From Octopus sinensis (taxonomy: Eukaryota), in contig NC_042997.1 of NCBI RefSeq assembly GCF_006345805.1, forward strand, positions 46,252,001 through 46,316,000: 64,000 bases of DNA, read 5' to 3'. Under the pieces are notes generated by a model, which saw only the letters and a list, made by a program, of their open reading frames with translations, had not been told where the DNA came from and searched no databases. Below are positions 50,924 to 64,000 of this stretch, one piece after another; within the stretch, counting starts at the first letter, position 1; each line of letters starts with the position of its first letter. Position numbers and translations under genes: made by a program.

Positions 50924-51076
50924 ACTATTCCTACTACTACTATCATTACTACTACTACTACTACTACTACTGCTGGTACTACTACTACTACTACTACTGT
51001 TGCTGCTACAACGAGTGTCTCGATGTTGTCGCTCCAACTGCTAGAGACAACACCCAACTGTCCTCCTCTTCTATCC
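50924..51076 (-). mobile_element. Short retroposon with (AGT)n tail and 24-bp target-site duplication
   Basis: TSD tatgtaaacatagagacacagaca (50900-50923) / tatgttaacatagagacacagaca (51077-51100), 1 mismatch. Confidence 0.7.
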
Positions 51077-51289
51077 TATGTTAACATAGAGACACAGACA
51101 TAATTGATATTTCTACTTTCACGCTCAGCCTCAGTCAAACATTTTCTAATCTTTCGGTTATCAAACAGCTGCAGAAGTAAAATACTTCACGCAAACATAG
51201 TAGAAAACACTGTTTTCAGATTTTTAAAACAAGAAACTAATTGGAGATACCTGCTTTTTTTCTTTTTTTTTTACTAATTCTTCTGTGGA

Positions 51290-51507
51290 AATAATCCTTT
51301 CTACTATAAGCAAAAGGCCTGAAATTTGGCGCGAAGGGGCCAGTCGATTAGATCGACCCCAGTACGCAACTGGTACTTAATTTATCGACCCCGAAAGGAT
51401 AAAAGGCAAAGTCGACTTCGGCGGAATTTGAACTCAGAACGTAGACAGGCGAAATATCGCTAAGCATTTCGCCCGGCGTGCTAACGATTCTTCCAGTTCA
51501 CCGCCTT
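51290..51507 (-). mobile_element. tRNA-derived SINE family 2 (well preserved)
   Basis: Reverse complement of the 42829-43035 type, with a gattatt tail. Confidence 0.9.
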
Positions 51508-51939
51508 CCCTGGAAATAATTTCTGATGCCTGAACGAATTCAAGCATTTAAACTGGTAACTGAAATCATCTTCGGCTTGACCTTCTACCGCTTTCGTTAA
51601 ATGTTTTGACTACCTATGCAATCGTGAGCAAACATTGATAAGTTCTCGGTCTTCCGGTCAGTTTTCTCTTAAATCAACCACACCATCTTTTTCTCTCAAT
51701 GATACATTAAATGATATAGTCTTACACACTCAAGAAAAAATGGTATGGTCATGATTGGAATGCCTTGATTAGAGGTTTGCTCAACGAAGGTTATTTTGAT
51801 GATAACCATCAATAGTGAAAGCTCCTGGCTTTAAATTTCCAAAAGGTTCACATGCAGTTGTTCAGTAGCAAAATTCGAGAATCACAAGACCTGGAAGACT
51901 CACCATCATTCATCAATCGAGTGGTCTTCTTCTACCGAT

Positions 51940-52560
51940 GTAACACCCTAAAACGTTTATTCCAAGTGCACCACATCCATCACTTTTTCTTCTAACTTCT
52001 GAAAAGCAATGGAAAGAATCGGTACCAGTCACCTCCTTTATCTTATCATCAGTGACAACCAGTTTCGCTTCCGCAGATCCATAACTAGTGGGGATATACT
52101 CCTTCGCATCATTCGCCACTGGCCTCCTGCCTTTCGGGAGTTCAAAGGAATTAGTATGGTCGCACTTGATTATTCATTGTCTTTGACTCAGCTTCAGGAG
52201 CCTTTGAGCAATTCAAACTGCTTATGGCTCTCTCCGTCTTTTATTTATTGGATTGTAAACGTCTAACCACTTCTCACTATTGCTATAAGCACGAACAGAA
52301 ATCTCTTCGACTGATAGCTTTACAAATCTCGTGGGCGTTGTGATTCAGTTATGACTCCTGCTTTCTTCTTTCATTACAATAACCATCTTCTTGTTACCAT
52401 TACCAACAACACTCTCTCTTATTGGAGAGGGTATCACTCTTCGTTCTCTATAAAATTCCACCCACAAACTTTATTTCTAAGCAACCAAGACACCTCACGC
52501 CAAAGCTGCTCTGTTTCCTCAAAGAAAATCGCACCCCAAACAACTTTTAAAGAAATCATA
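51940..52560 (+). mobile_element. Decayed CR1/L2-group LINE reverse transcriptase fragment
   Basis: KAMERI, ISDNQFRFRRSITSGDIL..HW..AF..ISMVALD, AYG.SPSFIYWI. Confidence 0.65.
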
Positions 52561-54651
52561 GCAATTTAATATCATTCAGTACTACAAAGTAATCGTCACT
52601 ACACAGATCAAAGAGACAATCTTATACCTAACCGTCTATTACCATGAAAAACATGTAGATAAATCCTAGTCGCTACAATTTCGAGGCGGAACGTTCTGAT
52701 TATCTACCTAATACTACATTATCTAATGTGCTCCTTATTGTTTGAGGTGGTGAGGAGATTGATTTCAGGCACGTTGGGTTGTCTTTTTTGCGCGTTGAAA
52801 GTTCACATTCATATTCACTGATGTTTACCTTTCATATACAACATATCTAATTCTGTACCTAAAGACTTGTGCTTTTCTTCAGGATTTCAACCCCAGACAG
52901 TTGCTGGACTTGTACAAAAGCACCAGTATAGTTTGAAGTTAGTACTGGAAATCATTTAATTAAGAATACTATTACCACACATTACATACACTTCGACAAT
53001 GAAATGCTCAAGGTGACCGCCGGTTGTGTCGATCTTAACAGTTTCATGATTCCCATTAAGCAGATGCTGTTAATCTCTGACTAAACCACAACATTCTAAA
53101 TTATTTCTAACAAGATTTATAGTCTGAAGTAACTACTATAAGTGAAGTGTTTCTATGTACAGTAATGAGCTTGAAGTATTTAATTCTTTGATAAAATAAT
53201 ATCCCCTGTTATTTCTAATAAATGTGAATTGGAAAACGCTGAATATATGAAAATATATTCAGCATGGCTGTGATGCTTATAATTCATAGCAAAAGTAGAA
53301 CTCTAGTATAAAAAAAAAGTTGAAGATTTTAGTTTGAAACGGATTATAGGTATCAGAGGATCTGGTTTCCATTCTTCATAGGTGAAATACTACATTGATT
53401 TCTTAAGAAGCACAACAAAGGACACGACGTAGATTTGAGCTCACAAACCCAAGTGATTTCTGTCTGACATCACTCACCTAGAGATGTATTTTAACTAAAC
53501 GTGACATTATGAATTCTACCTACATTAGGAATACAGCTTTGGAAAAACAAAACAAAAACATTTTGTTCGCATATTTGTCGAAATATATTAACGATGATAT
53601 ATGCTTCCCAGTTTGAAGGACTGACAGAATTATATACAATAGTTGTTTAATATAGTAGCCTTAGAACGTGCTGCCAATAGCTAAGGTTTCGAAAATGTTA
53701 ACACACTGACAATTTTATATGCAGCTACACTACTTATACGTAGTACATACAATGTACGCAACCTGAAGCTATAATTTTGAAGGAACTCGCTGACAGGAGC
53801 ATGTATATTTAGTATTAGTTATAGGTTTCAAATATAATGTACTTTGCCATCAACTGTGACATGACATATTAATAACAGGAAGAAAACATATATGAAATTG
53901 CCGTTTCTGGTGCTGCTTGTCACTGGGGTCTCTACTGCATTAAACTGACAAAGATATTTACTAATAAAATAAGATATATCAAGTAACTGTTGAATTTGCT
54001 GTAGCTTAAACAAAATATATCTACAATATTTTGAAGAGTTAAAACGCAAATCTGATGAAGCCATAACAAGTATTGCCGCTAGCACTGGCCTTCATCAATT
54101 AAATTTTCCACAAAGATCTCTATAATTTAATGAATTAAATAATTAGTTGGTATTAAGATGTTAATTGAAGTGAATTGAATAAATTGACCTGACAGTAAAG
54201 TGAATTAATAAAAAAAGTTTCAACTCGATATTGAACTCACATTGCCAGTTACACCCCAGAATTCTTGTTCTGTCGCTATTGCTACACCTCGTTGAACCAA
54301 ATTTATTCGAAGTTTATATTTCTAGTAACAACTTCAATGACGTGAAACTGTTAATAGAGACTTGGTAAGTTATTAAAATATACCAAAACCAATTGTTACT
54401 TGAAACGTTTGAATTGCATTCTAAGCTATTTTTCTTTAATATATTTTTGCTTATGGCTAGTTGTCTTTTTGTTCAGTATTTGTTGTAAGGAAACATGCTA
54501 TTACTACATTCTGAATTCAGTGCTAATCTAGATCGTGTTTCAGATACTACAGGCTGGTGACAATCATTTTTGTTTTTCTCAAAGAATAATACGTGTCCAT
54601 GTGCATACATATATATATATATATATGGACACGCAATATTCTTTACAGAAA

Positions 54652-54685
<34 letters not shown>

Positions 54686-54708
<23 letters not shown>

Positions 54709-55310
54709 AAGTCTATATCTATCTATCTATATATATATATTTGTTGTGTATGCTTCAGATGGTTGTAGTGCATCATCAACATCGCCATCATAAATTATTA
54801 CATGAGAATAATGATGATGATGATGGTGGTGGTATTGTTGGTGTTGGTGGTTTTGGTGGTGTTGGTGGGGATGAGGATGCGGCGGAAGAGAATACATACA
54901 AATAAATACAACTATATACCGTAATACTTAGTAAAATTCAATTATAGATAATGTTTCCTTACTGCTATTTCAGAAATAACCAAAAGGAAATACATGTGTG
55001 TGTGTGTGTGGTGTGTGTGTAAGTCTATATCTATCTATCTATATATATATATTTGTTGTGTATGCTTCAGATGGTTGTAGTGCATCATCAACATCGCCAT
55101 CATAAATTATTACATGAGAATAATGATGATGATGATGGTGGTGGTATTGTTGGTGTTGGTAGTTTTGGTGGTGTTGGTGGGGATGAGGATGCGGCGGAGG
55201 AGAATACATACAAATAAATACAACTATATACCGTAATACTTAGTAAAATTCAATTATAGATAATGTTTCCTTACTGCTATTTCAGAAATAACCAAAAGGA
55301 AATACATGTG
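54686..55310. repeat. Tandem duplication of a 312-bp unit bounded by (TG)n
   Basis: 54709-55020 versus 55021-55310; two substitutions seen. Confidence 0.9.
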
Positions 55311-55499
55311 AGTGTGTGTGTGTGTGTGTGCGAGAGAGATGGAGAGAGAGAGATTGTATGCCTGTGAGCGTGTGTTTGTGTGTGTGTGCATATGATTATA
55401 TGTGTACCTATATATGTATTTATATTTATATATATGTCAAACATGTAGACAGATAGTAATGTAGACATATGTGTATGCCTCTGTATGCTCGTATACATA

Positions 55500-55554
55500 T
55501 ATATATATGTATATATATATACGTATGTATATATATATATATATATATATAGAT

Positions 55555-55592
<38 letters not shown>

Positions 55593-55594
55593 TG

Positions 55595-55625
<31 letters not shown>

Positions 55626-55685
55626 ATTATATATATATAGATAGATAGATAGATAGAAGATAGATAGATAGATAGATAGATAGAG

Positions 55686-55722
<37 letters not shown>

Positions 55723-55751
55723 TAGATAGATAGAGAGATAGAGAGATAGAG

Positions 55752-55834
<83 letters not shown>

Positions 55835-55835
55835 A
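55500..55835. repeat. (TA)n/(GATA)n microsatellite block
   Basis: Read directly. Confidence 0.95.
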
Positions 55836-58491
55836 TTGTAAGTTTCATCTATCAACTCTGGACATAAATATGCAATCTGGAGTTGAAGCCGGGGAAAGTG
55901 AGAGAAGTGTAACAAGGGGAAAAAAATAATCAGTTGCCTTATTCAAAGAAAGACATTGTTTTATTATTGGTGAAAAAGCAAAGCCAAGAAACGTTTATAC
56001 GTCAATGTCTGCAGCATATTTCAAGTATACATTTTAAAAGCGTTTAGCTTATTTGATATTGTGTAACTAACACTACTGACCCATATATGGAAACAGTACT
56101 GAAATATGATGACAGTTGAGTTTTGTTTGAACGGCGATAAATCATACACAGATTAAGAATTTGTGACCAAGAAAGCAAGCTTCACTTTGCACTTCAATGT
56201 TTTAGTTTTGCCATATAAGAATGGTTGATATGACTGATCGGTGGCTAATATCAGGTTCATATTTGCAGTGAGGTTTTTGGTTTCAGTTGTGCGTTTTTCC
56301 TACATAGGAAGCATATAATGCACAGCTGTTTTCTTTATGCTTCTATTCACTGTATTTTGGGACTGCAGAATGAAAGTAGATCGTTTCCTTTAGGAGATGT
56401 TTCAAACATATTCTTTTTTGCATTCATCTTAGGATTGCCGGTCTAGGGGAATGACCCTTGGTTACAAGTGGCTGATATTAATAAAGTACTGCAATATACA
56501 CTTCTATAATAGAAAACAAAACTGAGAGGAAATGTCATGACCAAGAGATCATCCCCAGCTAGAATAGAGGCATCCCAACTAGGATTTAGGAGCTCAAACG
56601 GCGTCTTTGAATAGTTATATGGGTTGAGGCCAACAAAGCTGAATTTTGTCACATATATAAGAAGGGTCAAAAGCCACTAGGAAATTTGTAGAGGAGCACG
56701 TCTCCGATAGATGTGGCTCTCAAGAAACCGTACCGTTTGGTACTTACAAGATTAAAAGATTCAAAATTTTTAAGTGTATGTTTGTCATGGACTGTTGTAA
56801 TTTTCTTTGAAATAATGGAACTGAAAGTGTTAGAAAGTTACAGGCTGAGGTCACCTGCCATTAGAAATTCTCTTTGATACTTCGTGGCATTTTCCCATCG
56901 AACATTATGAATTTCTGAACTAAAGCATTATATCTGATAGAAAGAGGAGCTTTACCTGACTCGTACTGTTTGAGAATAATAGAAGGGATAGCATCGAAAC
57001 ACCTTAACAATTTCTATCCCACACTCCCTCTGTTCCTCTCTCAATTCTCTCTCTCTCTCTCTCCGTTCTATATCACTTGTGCACAAGGATCGTTGCCTAT
57101 TCAATCGCCTGATCAAATGAACAGAAACAAAAGTGCTACAGATGAGACTATGAAGAAGCAGAAATTATGTTTTGCTGGATCTATCAAAAATACATGCTTG
57201 TCGTGTTAAGTTTTCAGTTGATATCTGTTAATGATATTGCTTTCTCTGGAGTCAAGTTTTTCCTTAAATAAGAAATTAAACACTTTATTCATTCAACTGG
57301 CATTCGCACAATTTCTCTAGGGCAATGGTTAATATAAACATATAGTAGACGTCCCTTGCGCACTTTCACAAGGAACCAAAAATCAAGTAGCTGGAAAAGT
57401 GAACATCTTAACAATACAGCCATATATATAATATGTCTTAATGTATTTGCAATATTTATTTTTACCCTGTTGTAAAAGTACTATGCTTATTTCGTTATTA
57501 TTTTATAGACTATATCTCTAATTTAATCTACGAGTAACCAACCGAAAAGTAAATAACTAGTTACTAATTAGTAGCATTATTTGTGTTCTACATCATAAAT
57601 CTTTACGGCCAATGGTTGTAGATAGTTACCACCTGATACTAACTCATCATAGTTTTTTACTCCGTGTCAGAAAGGATAAACAGACGTATAACCCCAGGCT
57701 TCGCTATTGACTGCGCTCCTCAGTGATTGTTAGGCTCAGACACTCATGCTCTACATATGACTCCTCCTCACATCAAACTTTTATTCAGGCCCTTCAATAA
57801 TATCTACGTTCAGTTCTTCGCCCCTAGAACGTCGGTTCTCTGGATTTCCTCCTCCATATGTGTTATCCCCAAACAACATTAACGGAATCAGTCTTATCGT
57901 TCTGGGAGATCCTGCAAAGCCAATGGGCATTATTCCGTTCATCAGACACCTAGAGAAAAAAATACGTGACCACGCCATAGTTTTGTATACCTCAGACCAC
58001 TTTATTTCACTTATGATAATTAAAAATTAACTTAAGGCAGTATGGTGTTATTTCTAGTAGATTGTCTACTACTTCTAGCAACTCAAACGATGACTTTATA
58101 TATTTATATGTGCGTAGATTGGGTCGAGGTCAACAAAGCTGTATTTTGTCACAAATGTATTTATTCCATTCTATGTTTTTAAAACTAATTTTGTTAACAA
58201 TATATTTGTTACAGGCATAAAAAAACTGATAATCACTGGTTCACTAACCTTTATAATGGTGAGATTGACAAAGGTGCAGCTGTGCAGCAAGCTAGCAGCA
58301 GTGATTTTTTTGTTAAAGCATCATTGGTCTATCGATTTTGTCTCCGATACACGCATTATAATGTATACACCAGCTAAGGAAAACACACATGCGCATACAA
58401 ACTCACATACTCGTACACACACATACACATACACACACGCACACACATACACATATATATTTATTCTATATATATATATGATATAAATTAT

Positions 58492-58675
58492 TAAGGCGGA
58501 GAGCTGGCAGAATCGTCAGTACGTAGGGCGAAATGATTAGCGGTATTTCCGCTGCCGCTACAGTCTGAGTTAAAATTCCACTTTGCCTTTCATCGTTTCG
58601 GGGTGAATTAAATAAGTACTGGGGTCGATGTATCCCTTCCCCTAAGCTGCCCTTGCGGTAAAAATTTGAAATCAT
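58492..58675 (+). mobile_element. tRNA-derived SINE family 2 (internally deleted)
   Basis: taaggcggagagctggcagaatcgtcag...ctttgcctttcatcgtttcgggg. Confidence 0.8.
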
Positions 58676-59814
58676 CAGATATAAATTATATACACATAAA
58701 TAAATACATACCTAATCATTCACATATACACTTATAACTGGCTGCTCATGTTAAGATAAGTAATGGTATAATCTGTTGCATGGTTAAAATGTCGGTATCT
58801 ACATTATCTCCCATACCAGGTAAGCCTGCTGTGAAGGTCCAACATTACAAAACCAATAGCGATTAAACGGATGTATATATGCAACCTAGACTCCACAACT
58901 ATACAGCAATAGGGTGGGAAATTCCAAACTCCGGTTTAGTGCCCCACATGTTGTGAGACTTCTGAGAGTGAGTCACTCCTTAGCTATTGTTAAATTAAAT
59001 TTCTAGAAGGCAAGATTCTGGCTGCATCTACAATGGCAGTATATCTGGGCCGGTGACCCAGATGTAGGAGATTGGAAAGCAGCTAGTCTGGGAGAACAAC
59101 TCCGAACACAAACGCTTACTGCTTGTGAGTATCTGTAAACACTCAAATATTAAGGTATTTAACGCTAATAGTAACTCCAGTAAAGGGAAATTACCCAATT
59201 CGTCTGAAGAGAAGCATGAAGACCCTACTATTCGGTCGTGTCATGTTTTTGAAGCGACCCTTAATCATAAAAATGGGAGTATTTATTTAGTCATGTATAT
59301 TTTGACAGGTCTAGTGTACAAGTTTTCTTTTGTTCAAATACCTTTTAAACCATTAAAATCTGAAATTCGTACATCAGTATAACGACATCTGTAACGTCAT
59401 AGCAGAGGCTTTATAACGATCCATTTTCTCCCTAGCAAATTCCCCTCGCAAATCAAACTGAGCCTAAATTACTTTGCTGTAGAATCTCAAACAGAGGCAA
59501 GTCATTGTGAGCCGAACTTCTTAACCAACCAACCAACCAACCAACCAACCAACCAAAGTTGTGCTTATACATTCAAGACCTTTTCAGTTGTACCACAAAC
59601 TATCAAAGATGCTTTCATGGGATTTATCGCTGTTTCAATGTAACTGGTAATAATTTTCCTAATGACAAAAGGATGGAATATGCATAAGATCCATTGATCC
59701 ATCCTCACCATCCAGCCATTCATAAACCTTCCATCTATCAATTCATACGTCTGCCTCTTGTGAGTATGTGCGTGTGTATTTTTGTTTATCTGTCAGTCTG
59801 TCTGTCAGTTTCTC

Positions 59815-59960
<146 letters not shown>

Positions 59961-60909
59961 TATCTTTTGCTTTATATGCTTTATACATATGTGTATATGT
60001 CTCTACGTTTACATACATGTATATACATACACGTGAACAAGCACATATGTATGCATGTATGTATGAATATAGAAGATTTTAACCATACACAAACATATTA
60101 AGGATCGTCATACATTAAGACATATTTACACATATATTTATATGTGTGTGTTTGCGTGTGTGTGTGTGTGTGCTCTTGCATATGTATGAATATGTACATG
60201 CACGTATTCATTTCTTATTATTAGCTCAACGATATTCATCTTCAAACTACTTTATCCTGCTCGCATTATCTCGCGAGTTACAGTATTGCGGTCGTATAAC
60301 TCTCTTCTTTTCAAAGCTCCTCATTACCTCAATCACACTCGCTCCCATTTGTTGTTATCATATGTTACTCAGGTTTACTGGCTCTGTTTCTGAGGTAACT
60401 TTTACAAAATATCCCTTTGTCCGTTATATTTCTATCACATCGCTTTGATTTTATTTTTAATTGTTCTCTCGATAATAGCCTTCATAATAAACATGTTTTT
60501 CCGGGATGGCTTCGTATTGATGTAAATTTCAGTTATTAAAGTTAGAAAATTAAGTTAACTCAAGCTTCCTTAACACGCCATTTTTAATTTTAGCAAATGT
60601 GAATAATATTCTAGACTCTAGATACTCTGCTATACTGTTCGTTATGATGCTGCTTTGCTTAGCTGAAATATACGTTGCCGTGCTCCACGACAACCAAGCC
60701 AAAAAGTATTGGTGGAGATAACTTTAAAATAAAAATAGAAAATGGAGAAAAAGATTTTTGAGCTTTTTATTGATTTTTCCATAATATTTAATTACCTCTT
60801 ATGCCTACTCATTGCAACTGTCTCTTTCCCCAAGATTAAACTTCACAGAAACTAATCATACATATAAACATATACACAGTTTATATGTGTATGTATGTAT
60901 GAATACATT

Positions 60910-60971
<62 letters not shown>

Positions 60972-62889
60972 ATATAATCGTTAAGCATATACACTTACAC
61001 AGATGTCTATTCATACAAAGAATATAGTTACACTGATTTATTTATGAATACATACATACACGTATGAACATATACGTGTGTGTGTGTCTGAGTATGCGTG
61101 CGTACGTATGTGTGTGTGTGTGTGTGTGTTATACATATATATAAACGTTTAAATATATGTGTATATATATATGTGTGTGTGTTTACGTGTATGTATATGT
61201 ATATATTTAAAAATGACTTTCTGTACTTTTAATGTGCGTAATGATATGTTTAGTTTTAAAGGCTCTTGTGTGAGTAAGAAGATACGCACATGTATTCGTA
61301 CACACACTCGTTAGTATTCATGCATACATCGATGCATACACAGGAAACCAACATACGTATAATATGTACATAAATTTTATACTATATTGTACGCTGAAAA
61401 TTTGTGCCGATTAGTTTGTGTTTGATCTGTAAGTGAATGTATGTGTGAGTTGTTGAGTTCAGTAGAACACTTTTTAAACAGACTGATAGTGGTCCTATCG
61501 GGGTTGGAATTGCTAGACAAGTCGCCAACCTCTTTTAGTTTTTATAATGTGGTGGAGTAAATAAAGAAATCAAACATATACAAGTTGCTTCTAATATTAA
61601 CTTAACACTGTAATTCGATATGTTGACGATAATAATCATGTAGTTAAATATGATTTCTCTCACAGTCAGTTGGAAGGATGAACGGCACGCTGTGTGTACT
61701 GTTCAGTTTAAGAAATTCCATCCACGACAGACTGAAATTTCAATATTGATTTACCTTCTAAAGATACCAGTATGAGATTACTCGTACTGGGGGACCTGGT
61801 TTACAGATATGGAATATAATCATCCATTAATCACTAAAACTATATTTACTCTTTTCACATAATAGTAAACTTATTGTAACCTAGACTTAACCCTATGAGT
61901 TCTGGACAAGAAGCTATGAGCCATGTCTAACCTTAATTTTTGTAAAGTACATTTGATAAAAAAAACAGAAAGTGATTTATTGAAAAACAACACAAAAGAA
62001 ATATATAAAAACAAGAAATTTTACTTGTGATTGTCAAGTCTTCACTCTAATTCCAGTATTGCACTTTGGTGAGCTAGTCGGGTTTATCAAGAATATTTTT
62101 GAAGTATATTGCTTTCCCTTTCAGTTTGCAATGGATGACTATCACGACCCATTTTATCGTCAGCCTTGGAACTTCCGTACTCGTTAACTGATGCTAAATT
62201 GTCTTTGAGATACAATTCATCGAATTCCCATCCATTGTCACGAGAATATTTGTTGTACATATTATGCTTTTGTCTTTTCTCTATAGTGCCTGGTGGGGAT
62301 GAGCTTCGCTTCATAGTTAAAGCACGGCCTACGCACACGCTCTCTCTCTCTCTCACTCACACATGCACGCGCACATACGCGCACACGCAAACCTTTTAAA
62401 GATGATCTTGTATCCGAGTTGGTATTTGTAAACAAATTAATGCCGTAAGGAAATGACGACAGATCTTTATCGAAGTTGGCTGATTTATTTTTAGTTTGAC
62501 CTCGTTATAAAGCTGGCATGGGGTTACCCCATATCTTCTATATGCATTTATCTGTCTACGCTCAAAAGAATAGGGTCAGTGTGTATAAAGGTGTCGCTTA
62601 CCGAAAAAAAAAAACGGTTGAGAATATTCTAAAAATGTTGCTTATAAAATTTGTCCTAAACAGTCAGTATGTAGCACAATGAAACGCTTGTTAGCATAAT
62701 GTTTGTATATTCCACGACCAGCAGTGTAATAAGAAGGTCTTTTCAAAATTTAACATCACTGAAAAAATGGTAGGCCTATGGCTATCGGCCATTTGTAAGT
62801 ATTATCCTTTTTGCAGTTAGCTGCGAAAATGATTCGGAGTTGTTTACCGTAAACTCACATATCAAATGCAAATTAAATATATATATATG

Positions 62890-63252
62890 CTAGCACTATG
62901 ACCCGGCGTTGCCGGGTCATAGTGATAGTGCATGCATATACAGCTGCGTGCGTACGCACATACACGCGAGTACTGTCCAAATCTCCGACCAATCACATGC
63001 AGCTAGTTGGCATTCAATTGGCGTATCAAGTTTCGGGAATTTTGATTGGGTTTTGGATAGAAAATTCACCAAAAATCACTTCTATTGATTTTTTAATGGC
63101 TTTGCGGAGTGACTGGGGAAATGTAAAGATGTGCACGACCACCCTTGGATGGTTTTGAATGACCATAGAAAGTGCGAGCCCTCTAACTGAAAAATTGTGG
63201 ATTTGTATAAAGGACACACAAGTAGACATATTGCCGTTTATATATAGAGAGA
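62890..63252 (-). mobile_element. Non-autonomous Helitron, 363 bp
   Basis: Minus-strand 5' A|TCTCTCTATATATAAACGGCAA (shared with 40610); perfect 14-bp hairpin cactatgacccggc/gccgggtcatagtg (62894-62924) next to the terminal CTAG. Confidence 0.8.
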
Positions 63253-64000
63253 TAATATACTGTTTAAGAAAGTCCAGCACATAAATCTTACAGAAATGTA
63301 CGTAAGAAACACAGTTAAGTATACTTTGGTGGAAGGTTTGGTAAATATTGGTATGGTGGGTTACTACAAAAGAGACAGCTACAATCATATTATACCTATA
63401 TGCACGAGGTAAATATGCAGTGTATATCTTACCCACACATCATTTTGAATCAATACTTTTTCAGGTGACTGAATCAGTTTACGTGCGATAGCATGAATCT
63501 GGTCTGAACTATTTGTCTAATTACACTAATATCAATGCTTACTTCATGAAGTGTAGAAAAAGAGAAGCAATAGGTGACATAGTTAAGTGCCGGCAAGAAA
63601 GAGAGACACCTCCCGTCTTAGAAACCCAAGAATAAGAATCAGTGTGAAGATGATACGCGCTAAATAGGTGACTTACAAAGTGGTTGCTCTCACAATTCGC
63701 TTGTATGTATTTGAAGGCAGAATGTTTTATCTGATGTAAATGTAAAACATATTGCTCATACAATGACACGACAATATTACGAATAACAAAATTCTTAATT
63801 GGACTACCTCAATAGCACTGAAGCAGAGGGAGTTGTCCAATAGGAGATATAAGGATTAAACAAAGAAAATATAAAGCTTCAATATTACTGTTTCTTCGTA
63901 GACTTTTTATGCAACGAATTGTGCTAAAAATGTCATTTTCTGCGCAAGTTCTTTAAAGGTAAGAGAATGTAATTAAGAGAACGGATCGTCGATGGAAGGA

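Noticed and set aside
53828-54085. 85-aa minus-strand ORF
   Set aside because: No recognisable homology or convincing splice signals.

Overview
This is AT-rich, microsatellite-saturated eukaryotic DNA, most likely an octopus or other cephalopod. That assignment is inferred from the SINE, Dong/R4 and mariner repertoire as I recognise it, not from a database search. No host protein-coding gene can be called with confidence. Almost all ORFs in the supplied track are translations of simple repeats or transposon debris. The window contains: (i) a near-intact D,D34D mariner and three decayed Tc1/mariner relics; (ii) three short non-autonomous Helitrons; (iii) a nested cluster at about 17-31 kb of (TAA)n-associated R4/Dong-type retrotransposons, including one near-full-length copy, an L1/Tx1 fragment and a fixed-length non-autonomous partner; (iv) many tRNA-derived SINEs; (v) two local tandem duplications. 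The most notable signal is three unrelated hammerhead-ribozyme (HHR)-bearing elements, each arranged head-to-head and ending at or beside TA repeats. The first is a 2.6-kb array at 45.8-48.4 kb of ~505-bp non-coding monomers, each with a type I hammerhead; it is a candidate retrozyme able to release a ~503-nt, potentially circular RNA. The second is a palindrome at 11.6-11.9 kb whose hammerhead fold has a G3-C8 swap of the conserved C3-G8 core pair. The third is a palindrome at 5.2-5.55 kb with two hammerhead copies carrying different lesions. All folds were derived by eye, and activity is untested.
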